A program made the translations under genes and the position numbers. DNA of 64,000 nt from Amoebidium appalachense. Its lineage: Eukaryota; Protista; Ichthyosporea. The notes below the pieces were generated by a model. The model saw only the letters and a list, made by a program, of their open reading frames with translations, ran no database searches and had not been told where the DNA came from. Below, piece after piece: positions 19,251 to 45,088 of this stretch (positions are counted from its first letter, which is position 1; each line of letters opens with the position of its first letter). The stretch covers positions 2,526,989 to 2,590,988 of the forward strand of contig CAVNZM010000011.1 of assembly GCA_963693365.1 (NCBI GenBank), given 5' to 3'.

Positions 19251-19569
19251 AACTGTACACACACGCACGCACACACACACACACACACACATACACACAC
19301 ACACGTGTGTGTACGTGTATGTATTACACGTGTGCTGCACAGACATCGTTATACTCGATAGCATTCTGCAGGCAGGCCTAGGCCTAGGAAACTGTTGACA
19401 TAGCACGTGCAAGAAGTTGGTGGTTCCGAATGCATGGGACGGAAGGGAGATAAGGGGCATACAGGTGTTTTTTTAAGGCCGGGGGGGGAACGGGGGAAGG
19501 GGGGGGGGGCAGGGGGGGAGGGGAATGTGGGCAACCACCCTTAAGTTTAGCTGGGGAGTGGAGGAGAAG

Positions 19570-19612
<43 letters not shown>

Positions 19613-20188
19613 TGTGTGTTTGTGTATGGGGGTGTGTGGGTGGGGAGGGGGCACCAGAGGGGAGTTGTGCTTTCTCCCCCAAAAACATTCTTCCTATCTT
19701 GCAGATTCACAAACCCCCTACATGTACTGTACATACCCTCAAAGTTGCAGGCTTTTTGTTTATACACAATCAGTGTTTCATTTCTGCAGGCTCACGAACG
19801 ATTTGCAGAGCATAAACGTACCGGGGTTATGTTAGTAAATTGTTAACAACAGGAATTTTGGTGGCAAGGATTAGCCACGACTATGTACAGCAGTCACCTA
19901 TCCGGGACCGAGGCTATATACAATCACTATCATTAGGGCAAAACTTGAAAAAAGCGGGGGGAGGGGGGGGGGGGGGGGGGGGGGAGGGGGGGGGCGGACG
20001 GTAAACCAAACCTAAAAATAATTGATGTAAAAACACATGCTCTATTAAGGGGTGACAATGAGACAGCCCATCAAGCACCAATGGCAAAAAAAACACAAAC
20101 ACAGCAAATGACGAGAAAGCTATCAAGAAATGGCGACTAATACTCAAAATCCCGAAATTGCAATTGAGGCAAGGGGGAACTGGTCATT

Positions 20189-26744
<6,556 letters not shown>

Positions 26745-26826
26745 AGTGGCTTTTTGAATTTTAATCCAGTGTTCCTCGGGAATCAATCAAGGGACTAAAT
26801 TGGGAGGCGAGGGGGGGACGAGGGGG

Positions 26827-26900
<74 letters not shown>

Positions 26901-27784
26901 AGATCCGCTGCTGGGAGCCCCGTAATGAACGTGCCGTTAAGAAATTTTTAACGTACTATCCCCTTGCGCGCAACTACGTTACAAAGCAACATAAATTTTA
27001 TTGTTTCGTGCTCTTAGCAAAACCCATTGACAAAACTGTGCCTGCATTCAATTGCCATTCCAAACGATGAACCTCTCTTGATTGCAGATCCCGGGCCTCA
27101 AAAAAGGAGGCTGTCACGCAACAAAATACATAAAACGCGCGCCATTACATAGCTATCAAGCAAAGAGCTTTGTCTACCCTGAAAGTGTGTGCTTCCATTC
27201 CCAACTCACCTTAGTAACTAACGAAAACACACAGCCGTATCTCCGTTTCTCCGTTTATTTATTTGAGTGGCCGTCTCTGATGTCATCGCGCGGGAAAAAC
27301 GTCGTGTAGAGGCCAAAGTGCCCTGATGTCAGGGGCCTAGTCTGTCGCACAACCCCCTTCGGATACAGCAGATCATGGGAACGTAAGGGTAGCGTCATGG
27401 TAGACTAAATGTTACCTTCCTAAAATGGAAGGTAAATCTTTGAAGTGAAACCAATGATTTCGGAATTCGAACTGAAAGCCACAAGTATTTCGGTAGAAAT
27501 ATACCGAATTTAATTTTTGCCCCCTAGATCCCTTACTTGCATACTTCTGAGCCCCACATTGGCAGTATTTCATACTCTTGGTTTATTTACTTCGTTGCAG
27601 CCCATAGACGGGTGTTCAAAAAGTGGAGTCGCGGCCTGCAGACTCTCAGAGCCTCTGAGAACGCACAGCAGCTGACTTGCAACTACTTTGAAAATAGCTG
27701 GGGGAAAAGAAGAAGAAGAAGATAGGGAGAGGTCACGTTTTTTTCTTTTCTTTTTAACACGAGCTAAGACAAAAACTTATTAAA

Positions 27785-33566
<5,782 letters not shown>

Positions 33567-33858
33567 ACATGTGTGCCTGGGCTAAAAATAGATCAGGGAG
33601 ATACTACGCTCCACATGCCATGCCTATATGCCGCCAATTATGTTCATGGGTATAGCAAACTGGCTTACAAGAACACATCTTTCTAGCCCCATTGTGTGTG
33701 TGTGTGTGTTTGTTACAGTGTGTGTGTCGCATTACGAAAATGATCTGAACATTTTCATTTGCTAATTCTGAAGTATTGGTTAACCGGTTGTCGACAATAG
33801 TTTAGTTTAGTTTAGGGGCGTCACAAATAATTGAGCCTCGAGGGATCCGGAGGAAGAG

Positions 33859-33889
<31 letters not shown>

Positions 33890-34716
33890 TGGCTTGGACT
33901 TTTATGATTCGGCATGCCATTATCATTTCTATAATAGTTTTTTATTTCATTCTTCCTTTTTCTGTCCGTTTTCCATTCTAACCAAATACCCTGTAAAAAA
34001 CTGCAAATATAAGCAATTTTCAACTGTCACCTCAGAAAACACAAATACCTGTACTGCTTATAAAAAGAACTATACACAAAACCAACATAACCTAAAATTC
34101 TGCCCCACCTTCCCCCTCCCCCCCCCCCCCCCCCCCCCCCCCCATCACCAAACCGCCTCCACCAGTACCCACAACACACACACACGCACACGCACAAACA
34201 AAAAATGCACATGCACAACCCATCTAATCCAAATTCTACTCCGTTGTTTTCTATAACCCCCCCCCCCCCAAACACACACACACACACGCACACACACACA
34301 CACATGCACCGCCGACACGAACAAAAAGAAGTTGAAAGTTGCACTGCAAAAGGAAGCCCATGATTTCTAATACAGTACAAGCTAGGGCACTGCATAGCAA
34401 CACTATATCCCCAAGTCCTAACGAAATACAAAAAACAAGTTTTTATTACCAAGCTCCTCACCTCTTACCTATAGCTACGTTTGTGCATAAGGGTATGCCT
34501 CAAGTTTATGCAAGGCAAAACCTATCAGACATAAACAGCTAACTCTGGGGGATGTCTTGCTCATCTATCTAACATATACATGGTGTAGAAACTCTTGTGT
34601 GTGTGTAATGGTATTATGATGTGTTGCATGTGCAGATGCACCTATGCTTGGTGTCGAGTGTATCTGTGCGTACACATGCACCCGGATCTCTGTCTCTTCA
34701 AGTGCACTTGTGTAAT

Positions 34717-34765
<49 letters not shown>

Positions 34766-34779
34766 ATGTGAGTGTGTAG

Positions 34780-35208
34780 CTACTGTGAGTGTTGCTGCTG
34801 GCTTGCCCTTGCAATCTCCTGCTGTAGCCGTGCATTGAGCATGAAGCACGCTTGCTGGCACCCCTCAGCAGTACCTGTAGGTGTCCAAATAATATTCAAC
34901 ATGCAGGCCAATAAACATAAACATCATTGTGTTCATGTCAAAAATAATATTTAACATGCAGGCCACTAAACATAAACACCACAGTGTTCATGTCAGATAT
35001 CTTTGTCATGAATAAGTGTAAACAGGTATTGATTACGTCATCCCACGAACAAAGAATCCGCTGGGTCATCTCATGCCATCTCGAAAGTGTAACAAGATTG
35101 TGTTGCCTGAACAAATCTCGTACTTTGCATGCTGTATGCGCACGTGTCTTCTATCCCTCCCTTCACTTTTTTCTTATTTATTTTTCCCTTCACCTTTCTC
35201 CTTCCCAT

Positions 35209-35241
<33 letters not shown>

Positions 35242-36183
35242 TTTTTTTCTGCGGGGAGGAGGAAGAGGTGGTGGTGTGCGTGTGTTTGGGGGGGTTGTCG
35301 AATAGCATACCTGTGAGAATGACCTTTCTCTCTGTGGTATCGGGCTCTGCGTCAGCAATGCGGATGCGCACCCCACAGGATGTGCGGATTTCGTTGATCT
35401 TCACTCCCCGCTGCAAAGAAATGCAATGAGCCAGGTGCATGCACATAGCACTCGCTAATGCATACATGCACGTACGACGTGGAGAAAAAATGACTTTTCA
35501 TCGACAGAGGGGGGACGGGGAGAGGGAGGGGAGGGGGGGTTGAGGGGGGGGGGGAGGGGGGGGGGGGTCTCTGCCATTCCGTTACAATTTACATACCATA
35601 TCTTTACAACCACGTTAACGAACTCCCTTCCAACCCTTTAACCCGTGCTCAAAAGGCGAAGACTATCTATCTCTAGCACATAGACAGGGCATCTGCACAC
35701 ACACGCACACATACTTCACCACCAATTCACCTTTACTTCCATTCACACTACACGTACCACCACAAATCTATGCACATTCTGTACACATTGCCAACACCAC
35801 ATGTCTTTCCCGAATTCACAAGGGACACAAAAGGCGCACGCATGCACGCATGCACGCACGCACGCATGCACGCACACGTACATGCGCGCACACACACACC
35901 ACATGTGCGCGCGCGCCCGCCTGCACACATGCAAAAACGTACACGCAGGGACACACACGCGCACGCACGCAAGCACGTACGCGCGCGCGCGCGCACACAC
36001 ACACACACACACACGCACGCACGTGCAAGAACACACAAATACACACACACATGCACACAGACACGCAAGCACACACAATCACACACACACACACGGACAC
36101 AAGTACACACATACACACACACACACACAGGCCCACCTGCCTGCCCGCCCGCACACATGCACAGACCCCCAAACACACACATC

Positions 36184-36229
<46 letters not shown>

Positions 36230-36459
36230 CCTCCCCCCCCCCCCAAAAAAAAAAAAAAAAAAAGAAAAAAAGCACACACACATACCTTTCCGATGATTGC
36301 GCCAACGTATTCCCCTGGAATGGTGACCACCTGCGTGGTTTCTGGGCCCGTTGGCTGTGCGGCAGCACCGCCTTGGTAGCCATAGGTTTGTCCATACCCG
36401 GTGCCCCCATACTGGCTGTAGCCGTAGCCGTGGTGGCTGATGGGCATCTGTGTGCGTGT

Positions 36460-36491
<32 letters not shown>

Positions 36492-38332
36492 GAGCGAGAG
36501 AGCGAGTATGGGTGTGAGTGTGAGTGTGTGTGGAAGGGGCTGGGCGGGAGAGGGTGGGTGGGTGGGTCGGCGGTTAGAATGAAGCGATTTGACAACTGAG
36601 CACCATTAAGTTGTACCACCCCCCCCCCTCCCCCCCCCCCCCCCCCCAAAAAAAAAAAAAAAAAAAAAAAAAAACCAACCAGAATGTAACATCAGCAGTG
36701 CCCATCCTCAGAGGGAACATTAGGGGAATCTTATCTTTTCGCATTAACAGATTGTTACCGTAACAGAAATAACCAGAACGTGCGGAAAGGTTGTGGGTTT
36801 CGATCTGTCGGTCAGCTATGAAGTGCAAAAGTACACAACGAAAACCCTCTGCTAAATATCCAATGGTATCAACACAATAAGGGGCTGGAAACACAGACAG
36901 AGTGGGCAGGCCCCTGTCTGGAAGGGGGGAGGGGCAGGGAGCGGGGGTGGATGTGCCATAGAGTACAGAAGCACACACAACGGGGGGAGGGGGTTAGAAT
37001 GCGTTATAGAGTACAAAGTACACTGATACAGGACAGCGCGCCACAACGGACCACACAGTGCAGAATGAGATGCACACATAAAGAACATGCACTGAGACAG
37101 AGCGCATCCAGAAGGGGTCCCGGTCGGAAAGGCGGGAAGGGGGGGGGGGGGCACATACCCCACGACCCCTCCCTGGAGGTGGGTGTGCGGGGGGCTCAAC
37201 TCGTGCCTCTGGTTGATATTGCATCACCGGCCCACGCACAGGATTCTGAGGGGCGTCAGGATGGGTTAGTGCAAGTGTTACTTCCATTGAAAGGCACATA
37301 TACACATGTTACAAACACAGAAGCACGCGTAAAACCGTCACATAGGCGCACACACACCGTCGCGCAAAGTTAAGTTACAACTCACCGTCAACACTACACG
37401 TCAACCATCAGGTGTACACAACAAAACAAGCATATGGGGACGTGCACACCCACAAACACACCGGCACCCACAGCACAATCAGACATCCACACACACACAC
37501 ACACAGACACACACATACATAAACACACACACACACACACACGCACGCACGCAGGCAAACACACACACATAACACACACACACACACACGCACACACACA
37601 CACGCACACCTCGTACAGGCATGCTGCAATCTCGCCAATAGCCACCCCCAGACTCTCGGCACTACCCGTAACTGTCACAACCCTCTCGGTCGACTGCGGC
37701 AACACCTCCTGTGATATGGACACCTGCAAATAGGAATAGATCAGATTGTGAATACGAATATATTATGCCAAACTGCACTTATCATTCGATAGTTAAGTGG
37801 GAGTTTGATTATATTAGGCTACAGTGCATATACAATTAAGTTAGAATGCGCGTTCAATTAGGTTCGACCGCAAGCATAATTTGGTTAAACTGCATAAACG
37901 ATTAGGTTAGACTGCCTATCCCATTCGCTTAAACGGCAAATATGATTTTGTTACGCAGCAAATACGACTAGGGCTGGCTGCAGATACATCATACGGTTAG
38001 GTTATACTAATGTGTGATTAGACTTGGGTGCAAAAGCAACTAGATTACGAAGCCGGGGTTAAGGATGTCACACCAGAGAGACTTGGGTCACATAAACAGC
38101 ATCCATCAGCCAACTAGGTCGGCTTTCCTTGACTACCTCTTTATAATGCCCATTCCGCATTTTTAACAGAAGAGAGATTGCGCCATATGCCTATTATTGA
38201 ATCTGACGTCGATTTGGTACCGATCTAATGGCATGTCAGCATCACGCCTTGAAGTGCAGGTGGGCGGGTGGGTGGAGTGGGTGGCGTGGGGTGGGGTGAG
38301 GGGTGGGGATGGGGTTTTGTGTGTGTGTGTGT

Positions 38333-38382
<50 letters not shown>

Positions 38383-39106
38383 AGGATGGCAACCTGAGCG
38401 CCTGAGTGTTCACGGATCTCTTTGACCTTCTCCCCCCCCTTGCCGATGATGGCGCCTGTTTGGGAATAAGGGGCCAGCAGGTTCATGAAGATCTTGGGCA
38501 CCGGCCCACCAGCCGCTACGGCATCCTGGTCCAAAGAATAGTAGGTTCAGAACAATAAGTCTAACTTGGTATGGCTACCAGATAATCAAAAAAGAAAAGA
38601 TCCTAAAATCCGAGATTACAATTCAATTTTTAGCTAATAGAGTATATACGAGGATATATATATATATATATATATATATAATCGGCGTCGCAACATTTAC
38701 CGGGACACAGGTGTGGTTTGCATCGATCTCGACAAAAAAATGTTTGTGCGTTCTGTGCAAAACAGCTTGAATGCAGTTTACATGGTGCATCAACACCTGC
38801 CCATCCACAGAACACACACACACATGTGCAATTTGCATAGACCCCCCTTACCTCCTCCAATTTCTTGGCAATCAAGCTGTATGCCTTGCCGACCCCTTGC
38901 ACCGACCCCATCACAGTCATAACCCTCTCCTGGATATGTGGCTGGGCCTCTGAAATCAGAATTCGGGTGCCGCTCTCCTCCCGAAATTGCTTGATTGTTG
39001 CACCCCCCCGGCCTATAATTGCCCCTACATCCTTGGTGGAAATTAGGGCACGGAGTGCCAGCTGAGGGGGGTTTGGCGCTTGCTCTGGTGGGCGCGGAGT
39101 GCTTGG
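34780..39106 (-). CDS. Triple-KH RNA-binding protein, PCBP/hnRNP K-like; first coding exon not located
   Basis: Three GxxG loops: VGAIIGRGGATIKQFREESG (39106-38851), TGAIIGKGGEKVKEIREHSGAQ (~38527-38394) followed by VSISQEVLPQSTERVVTVTG (37723-37609), and VGAIIGK|RGVKINEIRTSCG (36447-36286, 35411-35311). The last exon GTAEGCQQACFML..HSQ ends in TAG at 34780. Confidence 0.9.
36994..37117 (-). repeat. Dispersed intronic repeat family, copy D (KH-gene intron)
   Basis: ttagaatgcgttatagagtacaaagtacac...caacggaccacacagtgcagaatg...acagagcgcatccagaagggg. Confidence 0.8.
37810..38055. repeat. Degenerate 22-bp tandem repeat in a KH-gene intron, ~11 copies
   Basis: Units include aattaagttagaatgcgcgttc, aattaggttcgaccgcaagcat, aatttggttaaactgcataaac, gattaggttagactgcctatcc, cattcgcttaaacggcaaatat and gattttgttacgcagcaaatac. 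The consensus is approximately RATTAGGTTARACTGCAWATAC. Confidence 0.75.
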
Positions 39107-39518
39107 CTGCAGCGACAGGGAAATGGTTAGTTGAACAATGATTATCAATTTCCCCCTGAAATTTCAATGGTTAACAAGCACATGAAAAAGAACGAACTTA
39201 TGGTGCAAGGCTTCACCAGACACCTACAACCGTGAGCCAAAGTATAGCTACCCCTCCCCCCCCCCCCCCCCCCCCCCCCCAAACACACACACACACCACC
39301 CGAAACAGAGAACGGCGTAAGTGCGCCGCGCTGGGTAAACATAGTAAGCCTTTCGATTGCAGTACAGTGATGTGTTGCTCGTGACGGAAACCCTTCTTGT
39401 AGCAAAATGGCGCACATTCTAATGCACCAGGAAATCGGAGAGCATGCACACACAACTTGTACCAAAGCATCCACTGATAGCACTCCCTTTGGAAAAGGGG
39501 GAAAAAAAAAGGGGGCGG

Positions 39519-39555
<37 letters not shown>

Positions 39556-39679
39556 TCATCAGCAATAGGATAGGGTGTGTCAGATCTTGCCGTGTGTGTT
39601 TGTTAGACGGTTAGACGAAATGAGTTGTCAGTAGGTTCAGGGCGCATGTACGTGGGTTTGAAGAATATCCGGTACTTAA

Positions 39680-40155
39680 GGTAGCTGGAACCATGGGATT
39701 TCGGTGATCGGTCTCCGGGCCAAATTCATATGAAAAACAGGGTTACATCGAGAGTGAAAAGGTAGCCGAGATATGTGCTAGAGCCAAAATTTTTGCATGG
39801 TAATTATGTAAATAGTGTCTTCTTCAAACGTTCAGTACCGAAAAATGATAACTCAATTGGTTCAGCGTTGGCGACGAAAAAACCAACTGCACCAAATCTG
39901 GTACGTTTTAGTACTATGAGAGCGTACCAGATTTGGTGCAGTTGGTTTGTCGGTCACTGACGCCGAGCCAATTGAGTAATACTTTTTCTGTACTGAACGT
40001 TTGGAAAAAACACTATTTACATAATTACCATGCAAATTTTTTGGCTCTAGAGCATAATTCGGCTACCTTTTCACTCTCGATGTAACCCTGTTTTTCATAT
40101 GAATTTGGCCCGGAAACCGGAGGCCGGTCACCGAAATTCCATGGTTTCATCCTCG
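39680..40155. mobile_element. 476-bp foldback (fully palindromic) non-autonomous DNA transposon flanked by TTAA, Kolobok-like
   Basis: The arms are near-perfect reverse complements (e.g. ccgggccaaattcatatgaaaaacagggttacatcgagagtgaaaaggtagccga versus tcggctaccttttcactctcgatgtaaccctgtttttcatatgaatttggcccgg) centred on AGTACT at 39910-39915. TTAA lies at 39676-39679 and 40156-40159. Confidence 0.8.
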
Positions 40156-42334
40156 TTAAAAATGGGCCGTGATGCAATGGTGCGCGAAAATCTGAACTCG
40201 TGTTGCGTGCGCAAGCACCAAGATTGGGATGAACTATCTATGCAAGGGAAAAGTTGCTTTCATCCGCCAAACACGCGACTGAGCAAGGGTCACGACCAAC
40301 ATACGATAAGGGGTAAATAACACCAAGGCACAATTTGGTGGCTTTACATCGTATGTAACGAACGGGGAGGAAAGTTCATCCTCGTGTTGGGTATATAACA
40401 ACCAAGAAACATGTAGTGAGCGAAAGGACCATGCAAGTGCGAAAAACTAACACCGTTTCATAAACACACGTGCGCACTTCAGATCAGGAACCATCCAAAG
40501 AAAAAAGAGAAAACGACTGAGAGGAGCGACTCTGGACATGATCCACCACCAACGGCCTCAGCATGCACAGACTGACAGATGAGCCACGACGTGTGGGGTA
40601 ACAGGCAGCACACCGATGATGCACGGGCAAAGAGATCTATCTAAGCAATTAGAGACAGATGTTCGAAATAATCAAGCCGAAGTGAATACATACCTCCGAA
40701 ACGGCCATAGGGCTTGCATCAGGTGCAGAAGGGCTCGCCATTCTACCTGTCGTAAATCGCGTTCGCTCACCTATGACCCTCACAAGCACTGTATCTTTGA
40801 TACCCTACAGCTAACCGTTATAGCTTCACTTTGCCCCACGAAAAGCTCCTCTTATTTTCACCCCTTGATCCTTATCTCGCCCTTCCCCACAATTCTTTTT
40901 AAGGCTTTCTTGTTTCCCCCCCCCAAAAAAATTTCAAGTCTCGGCCTAGAAGCTATAGGTTGGCTGAGCGAACACGAACTGAAAATGAGAGGATGACTTT
41001 TCAAAGTTTCGTACGTCGTCAATTTTTTTTTTTTTTTTGGTTTGTGGCGCCCTCATGTAGAATGCGTGATCTACACCAAATCAGAACAGGCTACTGTAGA
41101 TCTGGAATTTGCGGAGATCGCGGCTCGTGTGTGATCGCTTCGAAAGCAACCATTACAATACTCACTATTGAATGTACTTTTATTGCTGCTTAATAGGTCA
41201 AAAAAACAAAAATTATCGTGTAGTCTTCTCACTAGTAGATCTGTTTCTCATGTGACATTTTTTCCCCGGTGATAGCATTGATATCCTTTGAAGCGTACGT
41301 GCGCCAAGATTCCTCTTTGCTCTCGCTCAATCAAAATGGGTGAAATGCCGAGAGGGGCAAATCAAAGGATCAGATACCACAGAACTCCTAGGTGGACAGC
41401 TATTAAAGTGCTGTATTCATCATATTGTCTCATTGATATTTATATATTTATACTAAAATTAAAACTGCTTCTTCTAAAATTGCTAATACACTCGGCTCAG
41501 CTTTGCAGCTCTTTGTGCAGAAGAACACACTGTCTGGCGATCAAACAGGGGGCGATTGCAGGCTGGACTAAGTCTCTTTACCCGGCTCCGGGAACTTGGG
41601 AAGTCGACCTGCTGCAACTGGTGCCGTTTTTGACTGCCATATTTGGCATGTGTTCCAGCGTCTTCAAAAGGGGGCTGCTTGTTAACGACAGAAATTCCCT
41701 CTGATGCAAAAATAAAAGGGAAAAAAAATGATAATAACTTTAGCCGGTATTTGTAAGGTCTTCCCTTTTCAAATGTTTATTGCCTTTGTCCTATAGTATA
41801 AGCCGGGGGTGTTGGAAACTTTGCAACGTCCGCCGGCCCTGTAGCTAAGGAGTCTGACAACCGGGAACAGCAACGTTGCACTGGCATGTATTCATCCGCC
41901 CATAGCCTGCAATGATTGGTCCCCCGAACATGATTCCCTCCGGGGCGATCGCGAGGCGCGACTAGGCCCATGCAAAAATATCCCGTTTTTGCCCTGAATA
42001 TCGTTCGGGATATATCACGAAAATATCGAATGTTGCCCTAAATATCAAAAAAGTATCCCGGCAAAAGCCCCTGAATATCATTTGAAAATATTAAAGGCCC
42101 CTGATTATCACTGGATATATCAAAAGTATGGCAACGGTGTCCGAAATATGTCCACCGCATGTCGCCAACCTCACCGATCCGCCGAGAATCGATCCAATCA
42201 CATTATGTACACACCATGGGAATCCGCTTCTGATAGCAAATAGTGATTGGCTAAACCCAATCCGGTTTGCAATTTTTTGTCCGTTAACGTTTAAGCCTGT
42301 ACGCACGTTGTTTGCTCCATTTCTCTTCCCCCTT

Positions 42335-42415
42335 CCCGCAGGTCCGCAGGTCCTTTCCCGCAGGTCGCCTGGTCGCAGGTCCCCGAATTCCCGCAGGACG
42401 CTGCGTCCTGCGAGT
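42335..42415. repeat. Cluster of CGCAGG(TC) motifs
   Basis: cccgcaggtccgcaggtcctttcccgcaggtcgcctggtcgcaggtccccgaattcccgcaggacgctgcgtcctgcg contains five direct copies and one inverted copy. Confidence 0.7.
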
Positions 42416-42628
42416 CCGGTGTCGGGGATGTGTGTAGCTGGAAGAGCGGGTGATCCGGGGCACAAGCGGACAGGGGGGTGATGTGCTCGTGAAATTTAGG
42501 GGCTAATTCGTGTACGCGTTGTGATGGTGGTGTGAGTGCGTAGAGAGAATCAAAAAGGCGTCTAGGGATAGGTGTGGAATGACCAGTGAGAAACGTACAA
42601 CAAGTTGTGTAGTTGTAGTGGAAATCAT

Positions 42629-43921
42629 CTATTGATTGGAGGACATTATCAACAGTATCAGGGGTGTCATAGCTAGTAAGGGCAACCCTTCAGACAAAGG
42701 GCGAATATATGTGCGAAATATACTAAGACGGTTGACAATGTATAGGTGTACAGTATTAGGAAGATTAGCAAGATATACATCCCTAAATTGAACCGAAGAC
42801 ACCAGGCTGCCTGCACTCTCCACCCGACGGTCGATCATCCGTTTGAAACATATGCCCCATTCGTCCACCGGAATTCCCAAATACTTGTATTCGATTGGGC
42901 GAGGGAGGGGACTGCCGAAAATACAAACGTCGTCCCAGGTTGCAAGGATGGATTTTGATAAAAGGGCACACTTTTTTACGTTAACCTTCATATCATTACG
43001 CTGGCACCAGTGTTCAACCACACGTATATATTGCCGGTTGAATATAATGATAGGATCGGATGACATAAGCACAATATCGTCGGCGAAAAAGAGGGCGGGT
43101 GCCAGTGGGGCCTTGGAAGGCAACCCCCCGTCAATTTGTGCCGCAGAAAGGGCGTCAGCCAAAATTTAATCGTCAATATACAGGTTGAAAAGAAGTGGGC
43201 TTAGCAGGGACCCCTGTAGCACCCCGCACGAGCGGGTAAATCCCGGGGACAGCCTGGGACCGCCCATTAACCACGGTGACCGCCCGTCCGCCGTAAACGT
43301 AAACATACCTTCCAGTAGTAGCCGACCCATTTGGGATGGGACACCGTGGGTGGCCAACTTGGCCCACAAACGAGGGAGGTCGGCCGTGTCGTACGCATTC
43401 TTGAAGTCGATAAAGACGAGGTGCTCGGTATCACCTTGGGTTGCAACGGTTGTGTAGTGTGAGAATTTGAGCGTAACATGAGTGACGATTCCGAAACGCC
43501 GCCTGAAGTGGGCTCGGCTGAGAAGCCTGCTTAAGGGTGGGATTACGAGAAAAGGCCTGTAGAAGGCCACTTTCGAACAATCGGCAAAAGACGGACGTAA
43601 GTGTGATAGGGCGAAATTCGTGAATGGGACCCCGTGCAACCGTTTTCTTGATGGGAAACACAATGAACAGTTTATGGTGTCCAACCACTCCGAGGGCACT
43701 TTACTGACATCAGAATACCAGCGGGCCACGTTGTTCGTCTTTCTCGGGGCGGGGTGGAATGAGTAACTTAAGTAGTGCCATATGTAGGGATGCCGTCCGG
43801 CCCACACGCTTTGCGGGACGGGTAGCGGGAGACTAACTGCCATACCGCATCTGCGGTACTAAAGTGTGCCCCCAGTTCAGCCCCAAACTCAGCCGGCCCC
43901 GCTGGCCAAGGTGTGTGTGTG

Positions 43922-43965
<44 letters not shown>

Positions 43966-44470
43966 CGGTGGGTGGAACAAAAACAAGAGGGGGCGCCTGC
44001 CCCAGATTCGTGGCCGTACAGGTCGGGTTACGTTTAAGGGGACAGGGTGCCGTAAATTTAAACGAATCAGTTGCAGTTTCCGGGTCGGATGACGGGTCGG
44101 CCGTTATTCGAATCCACAGCGAACGATCGCCGCGATCAATCTTTTGAATATTACCCAATAGCATGTGATACGGTAGAGGCTTACGTAAGGCAGCCTCCGC
44201 TTGAGGGCTGTGAGTGTGCTTGTGGGTAAACCTGGGCACCAGAACAGGGATATTCACCGACGTCCCACAAGGTTTCTCGTACTGTAGACCAGACACTATC
44301 GATGAAGGTCTGGTCGGTTCGTAGCGGGGCTTGGCGTCCATCACGCACAAGCGACAATAGTCTCGGTTGCACCGTCTGGAAAAAGAAGCGAGTGTCTGCT
44401 TGGCCGTGCTCGCTTTTAAGTTCGCGTACGTTAAGCCTGCCAATTAGCAACCCCCCTGCGATTGCTGAAC
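42629..44470 (-). pseudogene. Decayed non-LTR (LINE-type) retrotransposon reverse transcriptase
   Basis: RT motifs appear in order but across different frames with stops: KACGPDGIP, EFRPITLTSVFCRLFE, FIDFKNAYDTAD, GVLQGSLLSPLLFNLYIDD*, LFFADDIVL, NDMKVNVKKC, YKYLGIPV. Confidence 0.9.
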
Positions 44471-45053
44471 ACCGGCGGCCCCCCCCCCCCCCCCCCCCCC
44501 CGGGGGGGCCCCCGCCCGCCGGAGCGGGGCCCGGGGGGGGAGGGGGGGAGGGAGGGAGGGGGGGGGGGAGAGGGAGGGAGGGAGGGAGGGAGGGAGGAAG
44601 GGAGGGAGGGGGGGGGGGGGGAGGGGGGGGAGGAGAGGGAGTTAGGGAGGGAGGGAGCTCGAGAGCCTGAGAGAGAGAGGGAGCCTCGGAGGGAGGGAGC
44701 TCGAGGCCCCCGGGGGGAGAGAGTGAGTGAGAGACGCGTGCCACTGGGAGATCTGGAGCGGTGACATCTGCGCATATGTACCGAAAAACTCGAGATGATC
44801 ACTTCGGATTCATGAGATGTGTGTGTACACAAACAGACACTCCCTGCACAAGCAGAAACACGCACAACCGTTATTAATATGATACTAATTTAGCACGAAC
44901 ATGCACACCCACCCACACACGTACATGTCACGGGCGCACGCATGCGCATGCGCGCAACCGCACACACCCACGTACCTACTACGGTAAGCTACGGTATACG
45001 TACATACATATCCACACGTGCCTGTACTACTGACGTTGCACGTCTTCCTCAAC

Positions 45054-45088
<35 letters not shown>

